Source of the DNA: Wallemia ichthyophaga EXF-994 | Lineage: Eukaryota; Fungi; Basidiomycota | Length of the DNA stretch: 248,000 bases | Direction of reading: 5' to 3' | NCBI RefSeq assembly: GCF_000400465.1 | Contig: NW_008806277.1 | Location: 20,001 to 268,000, forward strand | Part shown: positions 66,608 to 82,033 of the stretch, piece after piece | Layout of the letters: each line of letters starts with the position of its first letter | How positions within the stretch are numbered: the first letter of the stretch is position 1 | The notes under the pieces: generated by a model | What the model was told of the DNA's origin: nothing | Seen by the model: the letters and a program-made list of their open reading frames with translations, nothing else | Databases searched by the model: none | Made by a program: the position numbers and the translations under genes

Positions 66608-68671
66608 TCAGCTCCACGGATTTAGCTCTCTGTAGTCATATAAAACACTATTGAGTGGTGTTTGAGTGGATGTAGATATCGTACTGTTATCATCTTGGTC
66701 ATCTTCATCGTCAATTTCGTATCTATTTTGATATGAATGGCTGTGGCCTGGTATATCCTCCTGCTCATGTTCATTATGCTCCTGATCCTGCTCATTATGG
66801 ACATTATGGACATTGGAGAGACTCTTACGCGTCTGCACGCTCTCCTTAGGCCGCTGGAGGTGAGCGGAAGCTGATGACGCCGACTTGGGCGAGAGGAGTC
66901 GACTAGCCGCGCTCCTTTTGTTTGCGAGAACCTGATCTTCCATATCACGTCTCAAACGCATCTCCTCCTCCCGCGATACGTCTATATGGGGGTAATTGTA
67001 GTCACCGTATGCTGTAGCGTAGTAAGTGTGAGTGTAAGAAATAGCGTCTAAAGACCATCTCCACTCACGCAGTCGCTTCGCCTCAGAATACAATTTATCC
67101 TCTTCAGCTGAAGTTTCTCCGAAACTACACGTCGAGAGGTCGTCGACTGGGCGCTTGCGTCTGCTCGCACTTAAGTTTGCGTTTGCATTTGCAGCTGGCG
67201 AGGAGGTATTGATAGAATTATAGCTGCTGTAGTGGTCGTTAGTCAACCCACTCACTCCTGCTCTATCGCCATCGCCATCGCCATTGCGCACACCGCCGAC
67301 CCAGTATTTCCGAGCACCGCCGCTGGCATAACGCAAACCAGCACCGAGGCGAGTATTGATGGCTCTGCCCTGATGAATCTTGTTCGCTGCGACAGGCTCG
67401 AACTGTCTATAGTCGAACCCGTCGCCCTTGAGCGTCTGGAGGGAATCGATGAAGACATCCTTCATAGCGAACGAGTCCCTGAATGCATATGCCAGCGGGA
67501 GTCGTGAGGAGAGATAAGCGGATTTTGACACATAGTCGCCGCTTGAGAAGGCGAATAGGTGGAGTATTGCGAACAGAGGCATTTCGAAACAGATGAGCAT
67601 ATCACCAATAGCTAGAGAGATATGCTCGTTATCTGTGTATGGTCCGACTAGTTACGCTCGCGTTAGCAAGTTGAGCGTGACAAAAGGAAAAAAAAAAAAC
67701 GCACGTCTCGGAATCGCCCCCACCGCCACAAGGAAGGACACAAGAAGACCTTGCCAAAAAGTGGCAAAAAGAATTCCCTTCACGCATATGAACTTGGGAA
67801 TGGGTCTGAAGCCGCGCAGGTCGTCGTGTACCGTCACCCAGAACATGGCGAGACAGTAGAGTGCAGTACAAATACTGACATTGTATATGAGCTGGACATA
67901 GGTATAACCGGCATTCCAGGCTATGTTTCCGTCATCGTACTTGTCTGTAAGCTTGAGGATGAGGGTAAGGATAGCGAGCAGAGGTTTCACCCAGGCGTAT
68001 TGGAGAATGCCTCTTTTGAGGAAGAGGAAGCTGTGTGCTTACGTGTGGGTGAGCAAAGAGATTTACGAAGCCAAGAAACCTACGATCAGAGACGTCCATT
68101 GAGTCCTGGAAGAAGGTGACCGGGAAAAGGTGCTTGGTGGGCTTGCGGCCGAGGAGAGAAATGATAAGCTGACGTTCACCGCCGCTGAGATGAGTCAGCG
68201 GACAATATTATTCAAAAGCGTCTACTTGCAGGTATTCAACCTGGTATCGGCGTCAGGCGTTAGACGTCATTGTTATCGGTGGAGTGAAACGGGTAAACTT
68301 ACGAGAAGATTAAAGAAACAGTAAATAACGAAAGCCTGTTATAATTAAATATAAACATGTAATCCCAATGTGCCCGACGCACCTCATAAAGATCCCTACC
68401 GACATCGATCCAATACGCAGCATCGAGCGAGAAGAGTGAAATTAGGGACGCGAGAGCGTAAACGGGCAGCCTTAAGAGGAGTGAGATGGGCATGCAACTA
68501 GCGCCACACGCACATGACCAATATCCTCACTGTAAATCTCTGCAGCAGCGGCATACGGTAATTGAGTAAATGCGTCTTAATACCAGCCAGGCTGATAATC
68601 GTGGCGAGCAGTGCAGAAAGCGTACACAGTACAAGGAGCACAGTGGGCAGTTGACTGCCAGATCCTGCCAT
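66608..68671 (-). CDS. TMEM184/OSTalpha (DUF300) transporter (introns)
   Basis: PKFICVKGILFATFWQG, LICFEMPLFAILHLFAF. Confidence 0.85.
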
Positions 68672-68758
68672 TCTAATCTCTATCTTCACGCTGATGACGG
68701 TATGAAACAAACAAGAAGGAAGAAAAATCAAATTATGTGTATGATACGCACAATCACG

Positions 68759-70073
<1,315 letters not shown>

Positions 70074-70204
70074 TGGTGGTGGTGGTGTAAGCGCAACTGA
70101 ATCTTAAATTTTTATAACTAATATCAGCAATAAATACGAGTTTACAATACATGCAGCCATTTCATCCAAATGTCTGCGTCCCGCGCTGGGTCCTGAGTGT
70201 TTTA

Positions 70205-73200
70205 CTAGAGTTTGTTAGCGTGAGCGAATGGAAACGGCAACAAATTGACACACCTAATTCTCCAATCATCCTTGCCCTCAAATTTGTTGTAAAGCGGTTC
70301 TACCTTCTCCTCCCTTTTTCGTTTACTAATCTTATTAGAATCTGCAGTCTTGAAGAACGTAGGCGCGACCTCAGTGAGCCACTTGGGCTCTATCGTGATT
70401 ATCTCCCGCATATACTCCCTGCTAGTAAGAACGAGCTCGTGATATATAACCCACTCCGGGCTTCTGTTAAACAGCGAGCTAGATGGGTGTATAGCGACTG
70501 GTGTCCCTTCCACAAGAGTCTTATATCCCTCCGTAGGATCCTTCTTGGCAGCGTGTCTAAAGAAACCGGCTGTGATCGCTCTGCGCACCCTGTTGTAATT
70601 CTTTCCACAGCTAATCACCTCGTGATGGTATCTGTCCATGATCGCTACAAGCTGCTTGCGAACGTCTGCGGCACGCTTTATCGTTCGCGCCTGTATAAAG
70701 TTCTCGAAACACCATGGATTACTAAACCGACTCGCTTCCCATCCGTTGTACACGGCAAGCAGTGTGAGGTGGTCGCCTTCGGGTTGATGGAATTTCGCTT
70801 TCTTCGCGTCGGCTTGTTGTTGCTTTTCTTTCGGACGGTAAAACACATTTTGAGCTTCGAGCATCGCAACGATAGTTAGTATTTCTTTGCTGCATTCCAA
70901 GTCTACACTCGCGATCAACATCTTAGCTCGACTAGGATCCATTGGGAAATCAGCCATTTTGCGACCGAGGCGAGTAAGCAATCCTTCGTCATCTAGAGCC
71001 GATAGCGCATAGAGATTTTCTAGAGCTGTTATCATAGTCTGTGCTGGTGGTGGATCCATGAAATCGAACCCAAGGAGATCGTTAATACCCATTGCCTTGA
71101 GTTGGAGAATAGTATGGGATAAGTTCTGACGTTGAATATCGGGCACAGTGTTAGGAAGCATCTCATTCCTAAATGCCGCCTCTGTGTATAGTCTGTAACA
71201 TTTTCCTGGTCCAGTACGACCTGCTCTACCCGCTCTCTGCCTAGCCTGGGCCTGTGAGATGGGTGTAACGACCAGACTGTCCATACCGAGACGAGGATCG
71301 TAAGCATTCTGCTTGACGAAACCAGGATCAACGACGTAGTAGATACCGTCTATTGTGATAGATGTCTCTGCAATGTTGGTAGCAATGACAACCTTACGTG
71401 CGCCTGGAGGAGCCGGTTCGAAAATTCTGCTTTGCATCTCGGAAGGCAACGATGAATACACCGGGAGAATAATAAGCTCGGGGACTTGATTACCTAGCGC
71501 TTTCATACGTTCGTATAAGATTTCAGCAGCTGTATCGATTTCTTCTTGACCAGTAAGGAATAAAAGTATGTCTCCAGGTGGTTCAGACAGATGGATCTGC
71601 ATCACCGTAATTAACGAGGCTTCCATGTAGTCAGATTCAGGTTCCTTAGTGTACATGATCTCGTAGGGGAATGTACGACCTGGAATAGTGAAGATAGGGC
71701 ACCCATTGAAGTATGTAGAGAACTTTTCGGCATCGAGTGTTGCAGATGTGACGATAAATTTGAGATCAGGACGGCGTTTCATTGTTTCTGTATCTTGTTA
71801 GGTAATTTATTAAGAAGATAAAAATACTCACTCTTGAGCAAACCGAACAGGACATCGGTGGCGATAGTGCGTTCGTGAGCTTCGTCGAGAATAATGACAG
71901 AATAATTTCTCATATCAGGATCGACAAGACACTCCCTCTGGAGCATACCATCAGTCATGTACTTGATTCGCGTCTCAGGACCAGTGCAATCTTCGAATCT
72001 GATAGTGTAGCCGACTTCTTGACCAAGACGACAACCAACTTCCTCCGCTACTCTCTTACTAACGCTCATTGCAGCTACACGTCTTGGTTGGGTACAGCCA
72101 ATCTTACCGTACTCAGCGAAGCCTTCTTCTGCAAGATACTGAGTCATTTGGGTGGTCTTACCTGATCCAGTATCACCAACGACGACGAGTACTTGATTGT
72201 CTCTTACAGCCTGTACCAGCTGCTCCCTCAGCTTATATATTGGCAGCGAAGCTCTCTGTTCTTGGATAGTCTTGTCGGTAATTTTTCCGTATGTAGTTGC
72301 TTTGTTGAACGTTTTGGCCTTCCAGGCAGGTGCGGCAGACGCCTTAACGTTTTGGTCTTGAGCAAATTGCCTATCGCTTGGCTGTGCAAGCGGATCTTGC
72401 CATGCGGATTTGATGTCGTTTTGCTCCGAGTCTTTCTCTTCTTGAGCATCTTGTTGACGAATTTCTCTACGCTCTTTGGCCAAACCAGCGCCTGAGACGG
72501 CGGCTCTGTTCATGGATCCATCTGGAGCCTTGACGATACGCACGGGAGAAAGATCCAAACTAATCTTTGTCTGACCCTTTAAGAAGGAAGGTTCAACGTC
72601 GCGGACTTCGATGTCAACATCTTCGTCTAATTTATTTTGATTGCTACGAATGTTCATAGGGGCATCAAAATCGCGGTCAAGATCTGGGTAATCTGAGGGT
72701 TTTGCGGCGCCAGAAGCGATCAGTTGCTTAATTTCCCAGCGTTCTGGGGAAGTGTAGCGTTTTACGGAACCTCTATAATGATCATCTGGGAAGTGAGCAG
72801 AATGAGTGGAGTGGGTGGAGTGTTTTGAAGATTTAGAAGGTTTTGAAGATCTAGATGAGGATCCTTTACTTGGAGCAAGATGAGGACTGAGGTCATGACC
72901 ATTTGATTGATCAGCGTCTTTTAACGATAAAGACAATCGGTGACCATCAATGGACATGACCTTGACGTAAACGAGCTGATTTCGTCTGAGAAAATCGCGT
73001 GGGTTATTAACTCTACTGTTTGACATTGCGGAAACGTGTACTAAGCCATCAATTCTACTGTTGAAACCGTTTAAGCTGATGAAAGCACCGAAATCTTTGA
73101 TTGAGTTGACGGTACCTTGGTATATAGAGTAAACTTGAGGAGAAGAGTGGGTAGGAGTCATAGTGGTTGTAGAGGGAGAAGGATCAGGCTGTATTCTAGG

Positions 73201-73706
73201 TTTACTAATCTTATCAAAGGAATTGCTATCCGTCCAGTCTTGGTTTGGCTGTGATAAACCTGGGAATACTCTTTGCTGGTCTGGATTTGATTGTGGTTTT
73301 GATTTTGATTTATACTTTGGATGCATGGTAATGATAAGCCTATCGATGGTATTTATCGCAGATTCAGGAAACGAAGCCCCCATTTCATTCAGTTTGCTCT
73401 TGAAAGAGGCCAAGTCTTTCGATTGCTCGTGTATGCTGAGTATGAATTCTGCTAGGACCTGTGGGGGTCGTTAGCGGTGTTTTTGGGAGATCAAGAGAGA
73501 TGGCTGAGTAGAATGGGAGATAATATGTAAGGGATACATCTCCGGGGAGTCCTTTGACGACTCCGTGGACGCCGGAGAGATGAAGGAAAAAGACGAGGCA
73601 GCCACCACAAAAGACCCACCTTATCTTTAATACCAGTATAATTAAACAGCTCTTTTGTAATTTTCTGATTTAGATTTATAATTTCAAGATTTTCTAATTC
73701 GTCCAT
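70205..73706 (-). CDS. PRP22: DEAH-box splicing helicase Prp22
   Basis: S1 domain, [20 protein letters not shown]. Confidence 0.93.
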
Positions 73707-73744
73707 CTTGATGCAGCTCCTGATGGTTTTGAACAAGAATCGCG

Positions 73745-76264
73745 ATGGCAGAAAGAGTTAAGAATCGCTTAAAACAAAAAACACAAAAGAAGAAGGATTT
73801 TGATTTTTCATTTAACAGCCACAGCCACGGCGACGGCGACGGCGACGACGATCAAGGTGTCAATCACGGTGATGACGCTATTACGCTCCCGAACAAGATT
73901 GAGCATTTGATACACGTAGATGGCCATATGAGTGGTCTCCCGCCTTCCTGGGCCAATCAACTCGCTCAATTGGGCTACTTTGGTGATCTAGATACGCCTG
74001 CTATTAACCAGCATAAGCAGCGGGGGAGCACGCAGCAAAGAGGGCAGCCGAAAAGGCACACAGACCATACACAGCATCCAGGGCGCTCAGGGCACTCAGG
74101 AACCACAGTTCACTCCCGCCAATCCCATCTAAGCATCCCTCAGCTCAACATCGCAGACCAAGACGAGGATTGGTCGAAAGGTGTACTCAAAGCACTCGAG
74201 CGATCTTCACTGGATGACTTCAAAGCAGCTCCTTCCAGACGGTCGTCAGCCGTGAACGTCGAGTCGGGTAAATCCACTCAACTCCACCGCAGGCCAGCCA
74301 CCACAGACACCAACCAACCGCGATACACCGTCCCGCGCTCTTTCGCAGCAGCCCAAGACCAATACCTATCAAACATAGCTATCCGCAAGGAAATAGACGC
74401 CAGCCACGGCATAAACGAGCCACACGCCGCTGATGTTTACGGTGGTATGGAAGAGGAGATTCTCGACTCTCCCCGCGATGTTGATGATGTGGGCGATGTG
74501 GACGTCACTCATTGGGCAATCCCCAACAGCCCCTCTGCCCTCTCTTTCCAACTTTCCCCGCTCCAGATCGATAACCACACCTTTGAGCTGTCTGAAAGCA
74601 CGACAACGCCCCCGCTAATCCCGGCGCACCTGCGCAACTCCGCGAAGCAGGTCGAGACGCGCAAACGTTCGCGATCCTCTCTGATAGCGCTTGATAAGAG
74701 TCGACATGTCTCGACGCTGTCTACACCAGGCTCTGTCGATGGTGATGGTGATGGTGATAACAATATTACAGCGACGTACATGCACGACATGCATGCTGCA
74801 CCCAACCTCGACGACATCGTCCAAGACGATAGCAGCAGTAGTAGTAGTGATGCTATTCATGGGATTGGTGTCATTCCTGGTGATGGCTCTAGACCTAGCC
74901 ATGCTCACAGTCTTAGTGACGATAGTACATTCTCCATCCTCGACGGCGTGCGTGGTGTCGACAATTTCAATGACCCCGACAGTCCTGACAATCATGGTCT
75001 CGGTATCGACGTATATGGTTTGACTAGAGGTGCACAGAGTGAAATAAACACGTTGAGCGCGTTGAACGCGTCGAACGCATCAAGCACATCAAACATTTCG
75101 AGCACTTCAAGCACTTCGACAGCGCGAGTGGGAGCGGAAGAGTCCGTCGCTGATCAACCCATAGCGTTCGATATCCCGCACGCACACCAGTCCAATCTAC
75201 AACTTAATTCGACTGCCACCACTTCCAACTCCAAATCCCCGGCGGATCTATACAAGACATTATCTCAAGACACGGAAGCGGACACAAAATACGCGCTCAC
75301 CCACCTCGTTCCCCTCGCCTCAACAGGCAGCGCCACTGATGCGTACCCACCTGCACAGCGCACGCTGATAGCAACAGGTTTAAGTGGTGATGTGTATGCA
75401 AGTGGGTGCGGAATGCGAGCGCTAAAGGTAGTCCGACGCACCACCGAATCGACACGGCTGCTCAACCTGCAGAACGAGCTATCAATAGTGCGATCAGTGC
75501 CTCACGAAGCCATTTTGCCCATACTGGAACTGTACGTGGGGGAAACGCCTCCACATGCCACGCTCGTCATGCCGCTCATGGCGCGCTCTCTCACTGATAT
75601 CCTTGCTTTGATGGAACACGGGCTAGTGCTGAGTGGAGGTCAAATCGCGCGTGTCGTACAAGATATCCTCTCTGCCCTCGCCGCTCTACATGCCCATCCC
75701 GATCATATCCTCCATCGCGATGTGCGCTCTGACACCATCATGCTGGCGAGCGATGGCAGGAGCGTGCTTACGGATTTCGCTAGCGCCACCCGCTCCCCAG
75801 ATGAGCATGGGTGCTCTGTCGGTGATGTCATATCTGCTCCTTTCTGGCTAGCTCCGGAGTTGTGTGCTGATGGTGGTCGCTATACGCACAAAAGCGATGT
75901 ATGGTCATTAAGTGAGTGCTGAGGACTATTGGAAAGAATCAAAGCATCTTACTCCCTTCTTATAGTCGCAACTACACACGAAATGGTCACCGGATTGCCG
76001 CCATACGCTGAGTATGACGAGTTGGCCTTGTTTCGGAAACTCGCGGGCGGGTTGCCTGATTTGCCCAACGAGGCTTGCAGCTCAGTGAGCGGCTTCATAA
76101 CAAGGAATGCAGTCGTCGATCCAGTCGCTCGGCCGTCGGCGAGGCAATTACTCGATAATGACCCCTTGGTTGGTCATGATAGCCAGGCTAACGTCGCAAA
76201 TAGAGAAGATATTGCCAGCTTATTAGTGCTTGCTAACCAGCTCGAAAGTGAGCCAACCTCATGA
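73745..76264 (+). CDS. Divergent PAK/STE20-like kinase with CRIB-like motif
   Basis: IEHLIHVDG; HRDVRSD, DFA, PFWLAPE; 1 intron. Confidence 0.7.
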
Positions 76265-76537
76265 GGTTTTTTGTTTCTTCCTTCTATCTCGGAATTTACA
76301 GATAAATAGTGGCTCTGGACGGGCACGCTTCTTGCACCTCGCTTTTCGCTTTCTCACAACTCATCACATACATTGGAAATACCCCCTCTCACACTTTGTA
76401 ATTGTAAAACAATCTTCGCTTTTGAGACACGTTAATTCATTTCGAAAAATCAGGGATATAAACAGAGTGGCTTGTTCAGATGGCTTTGTTTAATCAAACA
76501 TATCCAAACAGCTCCATCCAGGAGCACAACTGCCACC

Positions 76538-77596
76538 TCAGAGCAAGACAGCAATAACTGCAATCACAGCGATAGACCAAGCCGATACGAGTTGGAGAGT
76601 GGCAGCAGCCGAGTCGTCGTCCTGACTCTGGCCCTTGCTTCCTTCATCGCCCTCGTTGCTTGAAGTAGGAGTTGGCTGTTGAGCGGCATTCAAGCTGCTT
76701 TGCGTGCGGCAGTTAGACGAGGAAGGAGTCATCTGGGCCGAGCTAGGCGTAGCCGTATCTCCGATAGTGTAAACAGTCTGCTGGCCCTCCTGTGTAAGAG
76801 TGCCGGTGTATCTCTGGGCGAAACTAGAGAAGCTGTTATCGCCGTCGCCCGCTACGCTGAACATACCAGGAGGGTAAGCAGCGTCAGCGTCACAAGATTG
76901 GAAGACATCCTTCTGTTCGTAGTCGCCGGGCATGATAAACCCGCAACCCATTTCGTCCAGTTTATGTTCGCACATGGTGGCCGCATCCCATGTATCGTTG
77001 CCAGCCGTGCAGACACGCAAGCAGAACTGTTCGTAAGAGATGAACTCCATCCACTCGGCATAGTTCTCATCTGTGCCCGAGACATTCGACGTAACGTTGC
77101 CGCCGATGGGGTTGCCCTCGCCAGTGGCGCCGTGAGGATCGAGCTCACCGCCGTAGTCCGCATCCTGCAGACCGATCTTGGTGAGGTCGCCCCAGCCGAC
77201 TACCTGTACGTAGAAGGGGGTCGTGATGAAGTGCACGCCAGTGAACGTGCCGTCGGGAATCAGACGTGCGTCGTTGCGCGGTTGCGTGCACCACGCTACT
77301 TGCTCCCCTTCTGTGTCACCGATCGTCTTGTTGGCTTCTTTGGGCCCGAATATGCAGAAGTCCTGCGCGTGTCAGACAAGATTTTCACGCTTCAGCCTCA
77401 CTCAACTCACATCAATCGAGTTGACGGAGAGCAGTCGCGCGTTTGAGCCCGCATCGCCAGCTTTCATGGTGGGCGAGGGCGGGTTCGTGCTGCCCATAGT
77501 GCCCGTCGCGAGAACACCGTTCTGGGAGGAGTTGACGTCCTGTGCTGAGACGGCGGTGAGGGAGAGAGCAAGGAGAGCTGCTGAGAGATAGCGCAT
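76538..77596 (-). CDS. Secreted GPI-anchored basidiomycete glycoprotein (macrophage-activating-glycoprotein-like)
   Basis: Signal peptide, GGELDPHGATGEGNPIGG, hydrophobic C-terminus. Confidence 0.7.
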
Positions 77597-78133
77597 GTTT
77601 ATAATAGAGTAAGAGAGACGAGAATCAAGTCAGTCAGACTCGATTGACATGCTCAGCTGCGGATCAGCACTACCCGCAGCTTAGTGAAAAAAAGGAAGAA
77701 AACTAAACAGAGTACGCTATTGTAGCGGTGTGGGTGGTGATGAGCTGATGCACAATGTCCTCATGGCCAGGTACACGATAAGGCGGACCCAGTCGAGAAG
77801 TGTCGAGAGCTGTCAGAGTGAGTGCCTAGTAGAGAGGGAGTGAGTGGATATTTATGTCAGTGCGACATTGTGTGTGCCAGTGCGTGCCGCTCTATGTCCG
77901 AACGCGTCTGGCTAGTAATCGACACAAGGTCTATTGAAATTGAAGGGTCACAGGCTAGAAACAACTGAGGGGAGAATTGTGGAAGGCTGCTGAGAAATTA
78001 CAAGCCAACGATGCTGGTAATTTACTTGGAAATACACCGAAAAATCTGCGAATGGGCGATTTGAGGGACATTGCCATAGCAGCACCCCAAAAACGCGTAT
78101 GCGAATTGGATTTCGATTCAAAATGCAGCAACC

Positions 78134-79474
78134 ATGATATTGGTCGTGAGTAAATTGGATTTGGTTGTAATTGGCAGCGAGGGACACAGGATACTCAGGG
78201 CTAAGAGGCATCGCACCGCTGGAGAGCTGTTCGCTGCGTTGGACGAGATACTGTGTACGGCCGACGTGGATTTGTTGTCTGTGGATGGCTACCAGGGCAA
78301 TCAGCTAGACGCCACGCTGTATTTCCCGTCCACGCCACTCCAGCACCACTCGCAGCTCCACAATGCAACATACCTCCGCCAGCGCTACAACAGCCACATT
78401 CGCATACAGCCCAACCTCGACAGGACAGCAGCCCACTTTACCGCTATATCCCCACCTACTAACTCCATACTCGTCGGGCTCGGCCACCACAACCACATCA
78501 TTTTCCAGATACCAAGACATACTACAGCGCGTCTGCCAAAATACACACACGTGCTCCCGCACCCTCTCAACCCCTCCCTCGCCCTGGCATACATTCAGAT
78601 ACGCGACCAGGGTCTCGCACGCTCCTCAATACGCGACGCATACAGCAACGGCAACTGGTCCACCTTCAACAGCCTCGTCAATATAGTCAACATTGGTGGA
78701 TCCGTCGGGCTGGATAACAAGCTGTTCAGTTTCTACTACCCCACGCCTCAAGCGACGCTATCGGGGAGGCTGCAGGGATACTATCGCTATGAGTTGGGCA
78801 CACCGACCAACGAATTTGCAGACCTCCGCGCTAACTCGCGCTGCATCGTCGAATCTCAATTCCTCACTATCAAGCGCTATATCGAGGCATTCGAGCGGAG
78901 CGGTGTGATTGGCCAGGGATGTGCGGTGTATTTGACGGGAGAGCCCACCCAGTCAGGCTCGCTGTGCTCAGCGATAGCCAACATACTCGCCAAGAAGATA
79001 TACCTCCCGCATTCGACCATGTGCGAAAAGAGCACGCAGCACACACTCACCCCGTTGCTTGGCATGGGGCTATATAGCTGGTATAATGTCTTTCAACCAT
79101 CCACAGCCCTCGAGGAGACAGTGAGGTTTAGGAGGAAATCGTATAACCACTCCATCCCCTCACCTACCTCCACTCCCCCACTTACACCCCTCCTCACGCC
79201 TCAGATTGGATATCTCAGCAACCGAAGAGAGAGCGAAAAGAGTAATCTGACGCCGGTCGCCGAGCAGTTTGAACTGCCTACTATCACACCCACCACTATA
79301 TCATTCGAACAGAGGTACCAATTCAGCAGCCTCACTCAGCTCGAATTTGACAACGATCCTTATATCAAACCAGACAGCGATCTTGGATTGATCTATGCTG
79401 CACTTTTATGCGAGCATGAGCGGCTGGAGGCCATCTCTGTGGGAAGCTATGCGAGGAATAGCTGGAATGTGTAG
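78134..79474 (+). CDS. Divergent xylulokinase-like (FGGY) protein
   Basis: FYYPTP and RCIVESQFL resemble xylulokinase segments; highly divergent. Confidence 0.45.
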   Translation: MILVVSKLDLVVIGSEGHRILRAKRHRTAGELFAALDEILCTADVDLLSVDGYQGNQLDATLYFPSTPLQHHSQLHNATYLRQRYNSHIRIQPNLDRTAAHFTAISPPTNSILVGLGHHNHIIFQIPRHTTARLPKYTHVLPHPLNPSLALAYIQIRDQGLARSSIRDAYSNGNWSTFNSLVNIVNIGGSVGLDNKLFSFYYPTPQATLSGRLQGYYRYELGTPTNEFADLRANSRCIVESQFLTIKRYIEAFERSGVIGQGCAVYLTGEPTQSGSLCSAIANILAKKIYLPHSTMCEKSTQHTLTPLLGMGLYSWYNVFQPSTALEETVRFRRKSYNHSIPSPTSTPPLTPLLTPQIGYLSNRRESEKSNLTPVAEQFELPTITPTTISFEQRYQFSSLTQLEFDNDPYIKPDSDLGLIYAALLCEHERLEAISVGSYARNSWNV

Positions 79475-79647
79475 TAGGGGCTTCTGGGTGTCTTGGCATG
79501 TCTCACTTTGTTAATAGCTACAATATTATTTTATTCGTCATTAACTTGATCATGCATTCATTAAACATTTGCAGGCATAGCCCTCATTGTGTAGTCACCA
79601 CGGAATCCTTCTCAACAAACTCCACAGGCGACTCGCCCTCAAGTGTG

Positions 79648-80046
79648 CTAACCAGGTTTTGTGGAATGTGGCCAGTGAATGTCTTCATAATCCCATTGCT
79701 GGTGTAAGGGTGTGTCACTTTGCCGCCTAGAGTATATTAAAAATGACGTCATCAGACATGCACTACACACCAGTAGACTCAACCTGGCTGGCGTACTTGT
79801 GGATCTCGTCGTCGGTGGCTGTCTCCTTGAACATGACGATGTATCTGTCGTGTGATTCTGGGTTGTGTGAGTGAGTATGTGGCGTGGCGTATGCGGCCAG
79901 CACCCACCTGCGTTCATTCTGCTTATCTGCTCAGTCGATGGGATTACGATGTTGCGTGTCTGTGTGCTGTGTGTGTATGTGTACAATCCTCCCAGCGTCA
80001 AAGTAATTGTTACGAAAGCAACAGCTATTTTAGTCGAGAGGCGCAT
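79648..80046 (-). CDS. Small signal-anchored hypothetical protein (introns)
   Basis: Hydrophobic N-terminus. Confidence 0.35.
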   Translation of the reverse strand: MRLSTKIAVAFVTITLTLGGLYTYTHSTQTRNIVIPSTEQISRMNAGGCWPHTPRHILTHTTQNHTTDTSSCSRRQPPTTRSTSTPARLSLLVCSACLMTSFLIYSRRQSDTPLHQQWDYEDIHWPHSTKPG

Positions 80047-80149
80047 GACTGCTATTGATAACGAAAGGTACGCGTGAAATGAAATTACTTATTTCGAATG
80101 TATAGTGTATCGTGTATCGTGTATCGGGAATAATACACAGTAAACACTC

Positions 80150-81979
<1,830 letters not shown>

Positions 81980-82033
81980 TTATCATTATAGCCATACAAA
82001 TCTATGTATAAAGCGCTAAAGCTACTTGTACAT

